The notes under the pieces were generated by a model, which was not told where the DNA came from, made no database searches, and saw nothing but the letters and a program-made list of their open reading frames with translations. This document shows, in pieces, positions 49,595 to 59,283 of a DNA stretch of 64,000 nucleotides (position 1 is the first letter of the stretch; each line of letters opens with the position of its first letter). The stretch is from Elusimicrobiota bacterium (GTDB lineage: Bacteria; Elusimicrobiota; Elusimicrobia; JACQPE01). Location: positions 75,842 through 139,841 of the forward strand of contig JBHPMF010000002.1 in assembly GCA_042563375.1 (NCBI GenBank), given 5' to 3'. The translations under genes were made by a program, and so were the position numbers.

Positions 49595-51220
49595 TCACGG
49601 TTCCTGCATGAATGGGTACTTAAAATCCGTAGGAGACACGAAACTCTCTTTTATGGTCCTGGGAGACACCCAGCGCATAAGGTTGATCATACTGCCTGCC
49701 TTATCATTCGTGCCTGAAGCGCGGGCTCCTCCGAAAGGCTGCTGTCCGACAACAGCTCCTGTTGGCTTGTCATTTATATAAAAGTTACCCGCAGCATTCA
49801 TGAGTATGTCATTTGCCTGTTCAATGGCTTTCCTGTCGCGCGCAAAAATAGCTCCGGTCAAGGCATATGGCGAACTTTTGTCGCAAAGGCGAAGGGTTTC
49901 CTTATATCGCTTGTCCTGATATGTATACACTGTGAACACAGGCCCGAATATCTCCTCTTCCATGGTCTTAAAATGAGGATCGAACGCTTCGATCACTGTG
50001 GGCTCGATAAAATACCCTTTTGAATCATCACATCCTCCGCCGCAAAGTATCTTTGCTCTGGATTTCGCAGAACTCTTTGTGAAGTCAATGTATCCCTTTA
50101 TTGTGTTAAACGCTGCTTTATCAATGACCGCGTTCATGAAGTTCGTAAAATCCTCCACATCACCCATCTTGATCTGGCTTATCTGGTCCACAAGCATCTG
50201 TTTAAGCTTGGGCCACATTGATTTGGGCACATAAGCCCTGGAAGCCGCTGAACATTTCTGCCCCTGATACTCAAAAGCTCCACGCACCATAGCTGTTGCC
50301 ACTTCTTCGATATCCGCGCTTGGATGCACGAATATAAAATCCTTGCCCCCTGTCTCGCCCACGATCCTGGGATAAGACTTATATTTCTTGATGTTGGAGC
50401 CGATGATATTCCACATTCCCTGAAACACTTCAGTCGAACCTGTGAAATGTACGCCTGCGAATTCAGGATGCACTATAGCAGGGGTTCCCACTTCCCCACC
50501 CGATCCGGGAACCATGTTGATCACTCCATCGGGAAGACCCGCTGCTTTGAACAGCTGCATAAGGTAATGAGCGGTATATACAGCGGATGATGCCGGCTTC
50601 CATACAACAGTGTTCCCCATGATAGCCGGAGCTGTAGGAAGATTGCCGGCGATCGAAGTGAAATTAAAAGGCGTTACAGCGAACACATAGCCTTCAAGAG
50701 GCCTCTGCTGCATGTAATTCCAGATAAAACGCGATGATATGGGCTGCTCTTCGTAGACCTTTTCAGCGAAATGAACATTGAATCTTAAAAAGTCTATAAG
50801 CTCGCACGCTGAATCGATCTCAGCCTGAAAAGCAGTCTTGCTTTGGCAAAGCATGGTAGCGCCATTAAGCACTTTCCTGTAAGGCCCTGCCAAAAGATCA
50901 GCTGCTTTTAAAAATATCGCGGCTCGTGCGTGCCACGGCATAGCAGTCCAATCAACCCTGGCTTTTCTTGCAGCCTGAGCAGCTTTTGCCACTTCCTTGG
51001 CTCCGCCTTTATGATAACGCCCTAAAATATGTTTATGATTATGAGGCATCCTGCAATCAGCAAGCTTGTTGGTTTTGACTTCCTTGCCCCCGATACACAA
51101 GGGTATCTCGATCTGCTTGGATTTAAGCTCTCTGAATACTGCCTTTATCTCAGCTTTCTCTTTGGTGCCCGGGCCATAGCTCAAAACAGTCTCATTAATG
51201 GGATGAGGAACTTTAATCAT
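49595..51220 (-). CDS. pruA: L-glutamate gamma-semialdehyde (1-pyrroline-5-carboxylate) dehydrogenase
   Basis: 541 aa. N-terminal VPHPINETVLSYGPGTKEK, VGETGGKDF, FEYQGQKCSAASRAYV. Confidence 0.8.
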   Translation of the reverse strand: MIKVPHPINETVLSYGPGTKEKAEIKAVFRELKSKQIEIPLCIGGKEVKTNKLADCRMPHNHKHILGRYHKGGAKEVAKAAQAARKARVDWTAMPWHARAAIFLKAADLLAGPYRKVLNGATMLCQSKTAFQAEIDSACELIDFLRFNVHFAEKVYEEQPISSRFIWNYMQQRPLEGYVFAVTPFNFTSIAGNLPTAPAIMGNTVVWKPASSAVYTAHYLMQLFKAAGLPDGVINMVPGSGGEVGTPAIVHPEFAGVHFTGSTEVFQGMWNIIGSNIKKYKSYPRIVGETGGKDFIFVHPSADIEEVATAMVRGAFEYQGQKCSAASRAYVPKSMWPKLKQMLVDQISQIKMGDVEDFTNFMNAVIDKAAFNTIKGYIDFTKSSAKSRAKILCGGGCDDSKGYFIEPTVIEAFDPHFKTMEEEIFGPVFTVYTYQDKRYKETLRLCDKSSPYALTGAIFARDRKAIEQANDILMNAAGNFYINDKPTGAVVGQQPFGGARASGTNDKAGSMINLMRWVSPRTIKESFVSPTDFKYPFMQEP

Positions 51221-51267
51221 TTGAAATTACCTCCTGCAATATTTATACGCATTATATTGATTTGAAA

Positions 51268-51335
51268 CCCCGGGGTCACGTCTAAAGTTTCAAGTTTTGC
51301 AACAAAAACTTGAAACTTTAGACGTGACCCCGGGG
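51268..51335 (-). terminator. Exceptionally long perfect hairpin (31-bp arms); possible terminator of the IMPase/small-ORF transcript
   Basis: CCCCGGGGTCACGTCTAAAGTTTCAAGTTTT (51268-51298) pairs perfectly with 51305-51335 (6-nt loop); I checked every pair. On the minus strand it starts 8 nt after the stop of the 56-aa ORF and is followed by TTTCAAATC (weak U tract). Confidence 0.4.
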
Positions 51336-51342
51336 AACACGC

Positions 51343-51513
51343 TTAAAATGATTGGCAAAGTCCTGGATTTTTCCGCAATAACAGGTTTTTCAGAATGATC
51401 AGGGAAATATTCCAGGTATTGCTGTGAGATCCTCGGGCATATGTGCAGCTTATAAGCGCGAATAGCGCCAATAACACTGCTTTATTTGAGATCCTGATAA
51501 TGCTTGTTCTCAT
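51343..51513 (-). CDS. Unlisted 56-aa putative small lipoprotein
   Basis: Hand translation: MRTSIIRISNKAVLLALFALISCTYARGSHSNTWNISLIILKNLLLRKNPGLCQSF*. Lipobox L-I-S-C follows a basic n-region. ATGA overlap with the IMPase stop (51510-51513). Part of the DNA resembles Family B repeat ends. Confidence 0.35.
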   Translation of the reverse strand: MRTSIIRISNKAVLLALFALISCTYARGSHSNTWNISLIILKNLLLRKNPGLCQSF

Positions 51514-52355
51514 TTAGCGCTGCGCGCGTGCTTTGCCCTTATCGAACTGATGATTTTAAGGCAACCCTTATGGACCTTGCCGTTAGTAGCCAGGGTCTCT
51601 TCTGTGTTGAAGACTGAATACGGTTTGCCGTTGAAATGTGTCATGTCTCCCCCGGCTTCATTCACAAGCACAACCCCGCTCGCCACATCCCATGGATTTA
51701 AATTCCACTCCCAAAATCCTTCAACACGGCCTGAAGCCACCCAGGCCAGGTCGATGCAAGCTGACCCTGTTCTTCGCACGTCATGCGCCACGCGAACGAA
51801 CTTCTCATAAAAAGATAAGTAGAAAGCAGCGCGTGTGGCCCTGTCATAAGCAAAACCCGTGATCATCAAGGCATCTTCGATATTCTTCGTTTTTGTAACA
51901 GATATCTTCTTCTTGTTAAGGTACGCGCCTTTGCCCTTCTGCGCCCAAAAGAACTCGTCGCGCACAGGATCGAATATAGAACCCAGCACCACATCGCCGT
52001 TAAACACGACCGCGACAGACACGGAAAAAAGCGGAAAACCATGCAGGAAATTAATAGTGCCGTCAAGAGGATCAATGATCCACAGAAAACCCTCTTTCAT
52101 GCTGCTTGATACTTTGGCCAGGTCCCTTTCTTCAGCAAGGATATGATCCTTTGGAAAATGTTTCTTTATCCTGTTGACTATCAGGTCCTGCGCAAATTCA
52201 TCAGCATCGCTCACAAGACTTAAGCGTTCTTTTTTAGCACGGGCTTCAAGGTGGGTTATTTTCCCGAAATACCTGCTGATCAGTTTTCCGGCATCGCGGT
52301 TGGATGAAAACATGATCTTTTTTCTCTTCAGGATTTCTGTGTTTAATGTATTCAT
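51510..52355 (-). CDS. Inositol monophosphatase family protein (SuhB-like)
   Basis: 281 aa. WIIDPLDGTINF, SVSVA, WDVASG. Confidence 0.85.
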   Translation of the reverse strand: MNTLNTEILKRKKIMFSSNRDAGKLISRYFGKITHLEARAKKERLSLVSDADEFAQDLIVNRIKKHFPKDHILAEERDLAKVSSSMKEGFLWIIDPLDGTINFLHGFPLFSVSVAVVFNGDVVLGSIFDPVRDEFFWAQKGKGAYLNKKKISVTKTKNIEDALMITGFAYDRATRAAFYLSFYEKFVRVAHDVRRTGSACIDLAWVASGRVEGFWEWNLNPWDVASGVVLVNEAGGDMTHFNGKPYSVFNTEETLATNGKVHKGCLKIISSIRAKHARSAK

Positions 52356-52386
52356 GTTGTGAAAGTTTATAAAAAATGAAGTATCA

Positions 52387-53118
52387 CTAATTTCTTACCA
52401 GGGCCAGCATTACGCCTTTATCCTTATTCCGATAGGAAATATAGCGTTCAGGCATGCATTTCGTGCAGTCTTGAGAAGCATAGATCGATGAGGCCCCGGC
52501 CTCATTGAGCTTATCAATAACGCAACTCTTCAGATTAAGAAATGTCTTATTATTTTTTTCCATCAGATGCTCGCTTGGAAAATATCCGGATATATCTTCT
52601 CTCACTTCATAGCAGCACTGGTTGATATGAGGCCCTATCACGGCTGATAATGTCTCTTTTTTAGCTCCGATATTTTTAACCGCTGCCATGGCCTCCTCAA
52701 CCATACCTTCTTTTAATCCGCGCCACCCAACATGAAAAGCGCCTTTTATCTTGTTTTTTATATCAAACAAAAACAGCGGAAGACAGTCCGCTATGGACAC
52801 CCCCAAGGCAAGATCCGCGCGTCTTGTTACCCAGCCATCCGCCTTGGGTCGGTCATGATGATCGATCTTAAAGGCGTCATCCGCCGCTATGACACGTTTT
52901 CCATGCACTTGATAAGCAAGCGCGACCGAAGACAATGATAATCCGATGTTGTTAAGCCATTTTTCTCTTACAGCAACTGTTTTCATATTACCGGCAGTTT
53001 TACAAGAAACAGTAATGCTTATTTCCGGAAATGTTTTTTTCAGATTCTGGCTGTATAGAAAAGACCCGGCCGGGTCCACGGACCAATGTTCGAGGTAAAG
53101 CGCACCCTTTGCTTTCAT
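52387..53118 (-). CDS. pgeF: YfiH/PgeF-family (laccase-domain) purine nucleoside phosphorylase / peptidoglycan editing factor
   Basis: 243 aa. ADGWVT, ADCLPLFLFD, HVGWRG, CCYEV. Confidence 0.8.
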   Translation of the reverse strand: MKAKGALYLEHWSVDPAGSFLYSQNLKKTFPEISITVSCKTAGNMKTVAVREKWLNNIGLSLSSVALAYQVHGKRVIAADDAFKIDHHDRPKADGWVTRRADLALGVSIADCLPLFLFDIKNKIKGAFHVGWRGLKEGMVEEAMAAVKNIGAKKETLSAVIGPHINQCCYEVREDISGYFPSEHLMEKNNKTFLNLKSCVIDKLNEAGASSIYASQDCTKCMPERYISYRNKDKGVMLALVRN

Positions 53119-53236
53119 GGAAAAATATTAGAGCTGATAAGTTGCTGCGTTAATACGTTGATAAGTATAAAGTTGACAGATTCACGCGCTTCCCCCTGTT
53201 CTTATCAACTTATTATCTTATTACCTGGCAGCCTGT

Positions 53237-53971
53237 TCAGACTTTGACCTTGTCTGATTTCTCAACCGGACTGCTCTTCGGCGGCATCGGAAAAGCGCTC
53301 TTTTTCGCCCTTAAAGGCCTTACCCACTTTGTGAAGTTTGATGGTCTCAGGCTGAACTGATGGATCATCTCTGTTACCTTTTCGGTTGTAAGAAATTCCG
53401 ACCAATTAAGCCGCAAAATCCTTACGCCTGCCTCTTCCATTTCTTCAAGAAACTGCAGGTAATTATCCCTGAGAGCTTTAAGATAATCCAATGATATCCT
53501 TTGCTCCATTCCCCTTCCGCGCATCTGTATGCGCTCGAGCGCTGTTTCAGGAGAGCAGTCAAGGTACACTAAAATCTGCGGATACACAAGCTCATGCAGG
53601 ACCATATTGTCAAAAAGGTCAAGATAGGTCGCGTAATCCAGGTCAGAAATGAGTTTGTCCGGATGGTTGTTAAGCATGCGAGCAAATATCGTGTCTTCCC
53701 ATATTGTTCTGTCCTGTACGACTCCGGGTACTCTTCCCACACTGATCCTTGCCACGAACTCCTTATGCTGCCTAAAACGATGGTTTAAGAGCCATATCTG
53801 CATAATAGCCCCGTAAGTTTTCATGTCCCCGTAAAAACGCTCAAGATACGGATTCCCATCCACCTCTTCTAAAATCGGTTCAAAATTCAAATGCCTTGCC
53901 AGATCCACGGTCATCGTTGATTTGCCCACTCCAATGATTCCTGCTATACCTATATACCCTTCAGCGAACAT
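53237..53971 (-). CDS. Deoxynucleoside kinase
   Basis: 244 aa. P-loop GIAGIIGVGKST, ERFY, DRTIWED, RIQMRGRGMEQ. Confidence 0.8.
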   Translation of the reverse strand: MFAEGYIGIAGIIGVGKSTMTVDLARHLNFEPILEEVDGNPYLERFYGDMKTYGAIMQIWLLNHRFRQHKEFVARISVGRVPGVVQDRTIWEDTIFARMLNNHPDKLISDLDYATYLDLFDNMVLHELVYPQILVYLDCSPETALERIQMRGRGMEQRISLDYLKALRDNYLQFLEEMEEAGVRILRLNWSEFLTTEKVTEMIHQFSLRPSNFTKWVRPLRAKKSAFPMPPKSSPVEKSDKVKV

Positions 53972-54168
53972 AATGCCTCCTTATTGCATGCAAAGATTTG
54001 TTTAATCGCGACCACGCGCAGCTTGGCGCTAGCTTGAATGCTTGAGCGATCCGATATTAGAAGGAACGCGCTAACAGTAATATTGATCGCTCAAAGATCA
54101 CAGTCTAAAGAACAAATTATACGCGGTTACAATTCAAACTTTGAAAAACTTGTATTACTTCTCAGGTC

Positions 54169-54855
54169 TTATTTCTTTTTCTTATCTTTTTTCTTGCTTT
54201 CAGCTTTCTTCGGCTTAACACGCTTTATGTCAAGCTTTGTTATTACAACATCCTCAAGGGGCGTGTCACTCCTTGTTTTCACAGCGCTGATCTTGTCAAC
54301 GATATCCATGCCTTTGACAACCTGGCCGAATATCGTGTGCTTTCCATTAAGCCATGTTGTTTCTTCCACTGTTACAAAGAACTGGCTGCCGTTTGTGCCG
54401 GGTCCGGAGTTGGCCATCGCAAGCTTGCCCACTTTTTTAAACGTAAGCCCCGCAACGATCTCATCTTCGAATTTATAGCCCGGATCTCCCCGTCCATTGC
54501 CGAGCGGACATCCGCCCTGGATCATGAATCCGGCTATTACCCTGTGAAATATCAATCCATCATAAAAACGCTTTGTAACCGTCTTCCCGCTCTTAGTATC
54601 TGTCCATGGCTTTTCACCGGTGGCAAGCCCCACGAAATTCTCGACTGTTATCGGAGTCTGCTTTTCAAAAAGTTCAGCTATGAATGTTCCCTGCGTTGTA
54701 TTGAATATCGCGTAAAGTCCTGGTTTTGTTGGCAACACGGTTTCCACCTTTTGTTTAGATTTCTTTTTTTTGTTTCTTTTGGCAGCTTTGGCGGCTTCTA
54801 AAGATAATCCGGCAAGTAAAAACAAGGCGCACAGAAATGCAATGGTCTTTCTCAT
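54169..54855 (-). CDS. Secreted cyclophilin-type peptidyl-prolyl cis-trans isomerase with Lys-rich N- and C-terminal tails
   Basis: 228 aa with a signal peptide. FHRVIAGFMIQGG, MANSGPGTNGSQFF. Tails KRNKKKKSKQK and KPKKAESKKKDKKKK. Confidence 0.9.
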   Translation of the reverse strand: MRKTIAFLCALFLLAGLSLEAAKAAKRNKKKKSKQKVETVLPTKPGLYAIFNTTQGTFIAELFEKQTPITVENFVGLATGEKPWTDTKSGKTVTKRFYDGLIFHRVIAGFMIQGGCPLGNGRGDPGYKFEDEIVAGLTFKKVGKLAMANSGPGTNGSQFFVTVEETTWLNGKHTIFGQVVKGMDIVDKISAVKTRSDTPLEDVVITKLDIKRVKPKKAESKKKDKKKK

Positions 54856-55037
54856 TTATCCTCCCTCTTCAAAGATTGTGACACTCCTTTTAAATGTCAC
54901 ATCTTGCTAACAAAGTTATTTTATAAGGGAGTTCGTGATTTGTCAACCAAGACAGCCTCTTTCTGATGCGTATAATTCCTTTCTTAACACGTTATACATT
55001 GCATAAACTTATTTAAAATGCTTGTATCGCAGAACAA

Positions 55038-55565
55038 ATGATGGAACAGAAACGCAAGAGACAGCATAAATTCCTTGTTGATGCCATGGTTGGCAGGCTT
55101 ACCACCTGGCTGAGGATTCTTGATTTTGACGCTGTGCAGGTAAAGGAAAGCCAAAGGAATAAACTGCTTGAAAGGAGCTTCCTTGAGAACCGCACAATCC
55201 TGACCCGCGAAACCCAGCTTGCCTCGGCCCACTCCTTCGGCTTGGCGCTTATCACAACAGAACACTGGCAGGACCAGATCAAGGAGCTGTGGAAGATCCT
55301 TAAATTAAAGCGCATAGATAAAAAACGCGTTTTCACAAGATGTACGCAATGCAATCATTCTGTTAAGAAAATCGCGAAGTCCAATATAAGGAAAGGCAAG
55401 GTTCCGCCGCGTATACTCGAGACGATAAACGATTTCTCGCAATGCCCCAAATGCAGAAAAATATTCTGGGCAGGCTCGCACGTTGACAACACGATAGCGA
55501 GCCTGAAAGAAATAGGAATACTAAAAAATGCTAAATGCGAAAAAGCAGGGGGCAGAAAAGAATGA
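55038..55565 (+). CDS. Mut7-C RNase domain (DUF82-type) protein with a Zn ribbon
   Basis: 175 aa. FLVDAMVGRLTTWLRILDFD; CTQCN...CPKC. Confidence 0.7.
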   Translation: MMEQKRKRQHKFLVDAMVGRLTTWLRILDFDAVQVKESQRNKLLERSFLENRTILTRETQLASAHSFGLALITTEHWQDQIKELWKILKLKRIDKKRVFTRCTQCNHSVKKIAKSNIRKGKVPPRILETINDFSQCPKCRKIFWAGSHVDNTIASLKEIGILKNAKCEKAGGRKE

Positions 55566-55629
55566 CTAAAACAAAGAACTCATTGTTTTTTAGCATTCAC
55601 AATTTAGCATTTAGCATTTCTTCTTAATT

Positions 55630-56202
55630 ATGAGGCTATTCTTCGCTATCGAGTGCCCTCTTGAGATCCGGAAAAGAGCTTTTGACGCCGCTAACAGCAT
55701 CGTCAGGCAGATGCCTATCCTCAAAGCGAAAGCAGTACCCATTGAGAATCTCCACATTACGCTTGCCTTCCTCGGAGAAAAAACAGAGGAAGAACTCGCC
55801 CGGATAACGGAAACATTCTCATCTCTTTCATTCGATATCAATGCCTTTGATCTTGAACTATACGGAGCAGGCGCATTCCCGGATCATAAATTTCCGAGGA
55901 TCATATGGATCGGAGCCAAAGACGCGAGCGCAAGCTTAATAAAACTTTATAATCAGGTTTCAGACGCTCTTGCGCGGCATAATATAGCTTTTGATGATAA
56001 AAAAGGTTTCAGGCCTCATTTAACCGTCGCCAGGATAAGAGATCCCAAAAGAGCGCATGGATTCGATGAAGTTATCGCCAATAAACAGGAATCATTCGGG
56101 AAATGGAAGATTGGAAGTTTCGTTCTTTTTGAGAGCAGGCTTCAAAGACCGCATTCCATGTATATCCCCCAACAGGGATTCTCATTCAAGCGCGATCAAT
56201 GA
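55630..56202 (+). CDS. thpR: RNA 2',3'-cyclic phosphodiesterase (2H family, ThpR/LigT)
   Basis: 190 aa with two HxT motifs: HITLAFLG and HLTVARI. Confidence 0.85.
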   Translation: MRLFFAIECPLEIRKRAFDAANSIVRQMPILKAKAVPIENLHITLAFLGEKTEEELARITETFSSLSFDINAFDLELYGAGAFPDHKFPRIIWIGAKDASASLIKLYNQVSDALARHNIAFDDKKGFRPHLTVARIRDPKRAHGFDEVIANKQESFGKWKIGSFVLFESRLQRPHSMYIPQQGFSFKRDQ

Positions 56203-57200
56203 AACATAGAAAACTGATCATCCTTATACTTATGCTGCTCTTAACCCTGGCAGCCGGCACGCTCTTTCTTATTCACTATATCCCCCTTGTGCCGCAAAGT
56301 GATGAACAAGTGCTTATCACTGTCAAGCCTAATACTCCCGCAAAGTCAGTTTTTGCGGATCTCCATGAAAAAGGCGCGCTTGATCACCCAATGCTTTTTG
56401 AATGGCTCTTTGAAACATTCAAATGGGATACCAGGATACAGCCGGGCACATACTCTTTCAGGAAAAAGGAAGCATGGCAGATGCTGGTTTCGAAGCTTAA
56501 AAACGGAGAAACCTACAAGGTGAAAGTCACGTTCCCGGAAGGATGGAGAGCAACGCAGATCGCAAAAAGACTTGAAGAAGCGGATATCATCTCCAGCGCC
56601 AACGAATTCCAATCTATCGCGCAAAAGAAAAAACTGGAAGGTTATCTTTTCCCAACCACGTATTTTCTTGAAATGGATATTTCCGCATCCAAAGCTGCCA
56701 AAGACATGAATGCTCTTTTTGAAAGGATCTGGAAGGAGAAATTCGCGGATCGCGCTGAACAGATATCCATGTCAAAGCATGATATTGTAACACTTGCCTC
56801 TATAGTGGAAAGAGAAGCGGTATTGTCCAAAGAAAAACCAATTATAGCCGGAGTATTTTTAAACCGTCTTAAGAAAAATATGAGGCTTGAAGCAGACCCG
56901 ACCATTCAATACGCAATCGGGTACTGGAAAAAAAGACTTTCATACAAAGACCTCAAACGCGGATCCCCTTACAATACATACCTTAATTTTGGACTGCCTC
57001 CCGGGCCCATAGCTAATCCCGGCGAAGAAACAATACGAGCTGTTCTTTGGCCTCAAAAGACCGATTATCTTTATTTTGTCAGCAAAGGCGATGGAAGCCA
57101 TGAATTCACCAAAACCCTGAAAGAACTGATACAAGCCAAGCGCAGATACAGGAAAATTGTAAGAGAATACAGGCAAAAGCAGCGCACTAAAAAGCGATAA
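56199..57200 (+). CDS. mltG: Endolytic murein transglycosylase MltG (YceG-like)
   Basis: 333 aa. N-terminal TM helix, EGYLFPTTY, ASIVEREA, 4-nt overlap with thpR. Confidence 0.85.
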   Translation: MKHRKLIILILMLLLTLAAGTLFLIHYIPLVPQSDEQVLITVKPNTPAKSVFADLHEKGALDHPMLFEWLFETFKWDTRIQPGTYSFRKKEAWQMLVSKLKNGETYKVKVTFPEGWRATQIAKRLEEADIISSANEFQSIAQKKKLEGYLFPTTYFLEMDISASKAAKDMNALFERIWKEKFADRAEQISMSKHDIVTLASIVEREAVLSKEKPIIAGVFLNRLKKNMRLEADPTIQYAIGYWKKRLSYKDLKRGSPYNTYLNFGLPPGPIANPGEETIRAVLWPQKTDYLYFVSKGDGSHEFTKTLKELIQAKRRYRKIVREYRQKQRTKKR

Positions 57201-57418
57201 AGCAAGCTTTAACCTAAAAGTAAAATGCTATAAATCTTATAGTTTCCTATGTTGTCATCCTGAATTTAGTTCAGGATGGGCATAATGGTCAAAATTGTTG
57301 CTATAAATAAACTGTTTCTCGACGGAAACGCGGGCTTAAAAGCCATAGTTCCTTTAAACGGTTCAAGGAAGGTGCATTACATCATTGCAGACAACTCTAT
57401 CGGAAACCTGTTTTTCGT

Positions 57419-57519
57419 TGTCATCCTGAATTTATTTCAGGATCTCAATAAGCCAGTTCCATTTTGGGAAATTTAGACGGAAAACTTTATGAGATCCTGA
57501 ATCAAGTTCAGGATGACAG
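57419..57519. repeat. Second full-length Family B MITE-like element
   Basis: TGTCATCCTGAATTTATTTCAGGATCTCAATAAG ... CTTTATGAGATCCTGAATCAAGTTCAGGATGACAG. A solo left-end hairpin lies at 57253-57278. Confidence 0.75.
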
Positions 57520-57638
57520 ATAGACAAATAGGGGCAGATTTCGTGTGATTTGTTGCAGGCTGTGACTGCTTTGGAACCAACAAATTAGCAACAATTTTGA
57601 CCATTATGCCCAGGATGACACGATTGAAGGAGATCTAT

Positions 57639-58121
57639 ATGAATAATAAACTAGCGAAACTTATGATCCTGCCCGCACTTTTACTCATGCACATACTCTG
57701 CTTTGCGGATGAGAGTAATCCAAGCGCTAACGCGCAATTGAAGGAGAACGCAAAACAATTCAAGAGCGAACAGCGAAAGCAGCGCAAGGAATTCATAAGT
57801 TCCCAGAATAAGGAATGGAAAGATTTCCGCAAAAGCATAGCTGACCTGCCCAAAAACGAGCGCATCAAGAAAATGAAGGAAAAACGCAGGGAAATGACCG
57901 GATCCAAAAAAACATTCAATTCAAATCTCAAGGAAAATCGGAAAACTTTCTTCAGAATGCAAAAATCCATGAAAGCGCAGGATACCGGAGAGCTAAAAAA
58001 ACCACCTAAGGAAGAACAAGAAAAACCGGATTTAGAAGAACCAACAGACCAGAATGATGAAAATAGTGAAAAAACCCATGAAACAACAGAAGAAAATAAA
58101 GACGAAGATAAAAAGGAGTGA
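57639..58121 (+). CDS. Secreted K/E-rich hypothetical protein
   Basis: ORF track starts at a TTG at 57597. ATG 57639 has GAAGGAG 6 nt upstream. Signal peptide LMILPALLLMHILCFA. The rest is low-complexity K/E/Q. Confidence 0.5.
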   Translation: MNNKLAKLMILPALLLMHILCFADESNPSANAQLKENAKQFKSEQRKQRKEFISSQNKEWKDFRKSIADLPKNERIKKMKEKRREMTGSKKTFNSNLKENRKTFFRMQKSMKAQDTGELKKPPKEEQEKPDLEEPTDQNDENSEKTHETTEENKDEDKKE

Positions 58122-58126
58122 CAGGC

Positions 58127-59062
58127 ATGAAATTAATATTTAATCTTGTTATTGCGGCATTATTTCTAGTTCCCCCCGTTTATGCGCAGGAAGACGATAT
58201 GATCCAAAGCGGAAATCCATATATTGAAACAGCCACGGATATGAACGAAGAATCCGAGGCAGAGACCGAGGAAAGACAAATCTATATAGTGGAAAGCGAG
58301 GGAGAGGTTTTCATCGAGACGAATGACGGCGAAATACATACGGTTGAGCCGGGAATCGAGGAAATCTCTCTTTCAGAGGGAGACCGGGTAAAAACAAACG
58401 AAGGCGGTCGAGCCACGATCCAGATAGATGATGATAATACCATTGACCTAGAAGATAACAGTGAATTCGAGCTCACTGACATAAGCGAGACTTTCACGAA
58501 ATTATCTCTGGGTTTTGGCAGATTGCTCGCCAAATTCGAGGAAGCTATCGAGAAGCGCAGAAGAACCAATATTATAACGCCGACAGCAGTGCTCGCCATA
58601 AGGGGCACTGAATTCTCAGTGGATGCAAGCGCTGATGAGGATACTCTCGGGGGCCTGGCTGTATACGAAGGTGAGATTGAAGCTGAGCTTACTTCTCATC
58701 CTGATAAGCCCAAATTAAGAGTAAAAAATGATCAGGAAATCGATTTTATCAGACGCGGTCCAAAGCCAAAACCCAGGAAACTTAAACGCTTTCTGAAACA
58801 CAAGCAGCGACTGGCCAAATTCCGCCAGAAACACAAGAAGATGGCTGAAAAATTCAAAAATATGCCTCCCGGCAAAAGAAAGCTGATGCGCAATAAAGCA
58901 AAACACAAGAGAAAAGCATTGAAAAAACACCGTATTAAAAAACAGCTTAAGAAAAAGAAGATGAAAAAGCATCTAAGAAAAGGAAAACACGAAAGGCAAG
59001 AGAAAATACAAAAGAAGCGCACACAGCATCGCAAACAGCGTCAACGCAAAAGAAAGCGCTAG
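58127..59062 (+). CDS. Secreted FecR-domain protein with a ~100-aa polybasic C-terminal tail
   Basis: ATG 58127 (AAAGGAG upstream) is preferred over the GTG at 58118. Signal peptide. FecR-like GDRVKTNEGGRATIQIDDDNTIDLEDNSEFEL...TPTAVLAIRGTEFSV. The tail is mostly K/R/H. Confidence 0.6.
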   Translation: MKLIFNLVIAALFLVPPVYAQEDDMIQSGNPYIETATDMNEESEAETEERQIYIVESEGEVFIETNDGEIHTVEPGIEEISLSEGDRVKTNEGGRATIQIDDDNTIDLEDNSEFELTDISETFTKLSLGFGRLLAKFEEAIEKRRRTNIITPTAVLAIRGTEFSVDASADEDTLGGLAVYEGEIEAELTSHPDKPKLRVKNDQEIDFIRRGPKPKPRKLKRFLKHKQRLAKFRQKHKKMAEKFKNMPPGKRKLMRNKAKHKRKALKKHRIKKQLKKKKMKKHLRKGKHERQEKIQKKRTQHRKQRQRKRKR

Positions 59063-59283
59063 GCCCTGATCTTCGTAGCGCGGGAACTTGCCGAAGGTCC
59101 TGAGCGACTGGAATGAGTCCCGAGTACCCCCGAGGGGCAAAGTCGAAGGGTATCCCACCTATCCTTTCCGTGGTAGCCGCACCCTTTATGGGTGCGTTCC
59201 ACTCTATCAGGTTATCCGGAATATTAAAACGCACTTTTTTCCATTCGTGTTAATTCGTGTGTCCATTCGTGCTTAATTCGCGC

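Noticed and set aside
54041-54098. Imperfect long hairpin TTGAGCGATC..ATATTA...TAATAT.GATCGCTCAA between the PPIase and dNK genes, considered as a terminator
   Set aside because: No U-tract follows on the transcribed (minus) strand and the stem is interrupted. It may be just another degenerate repeat, so it is not reported as a feature.
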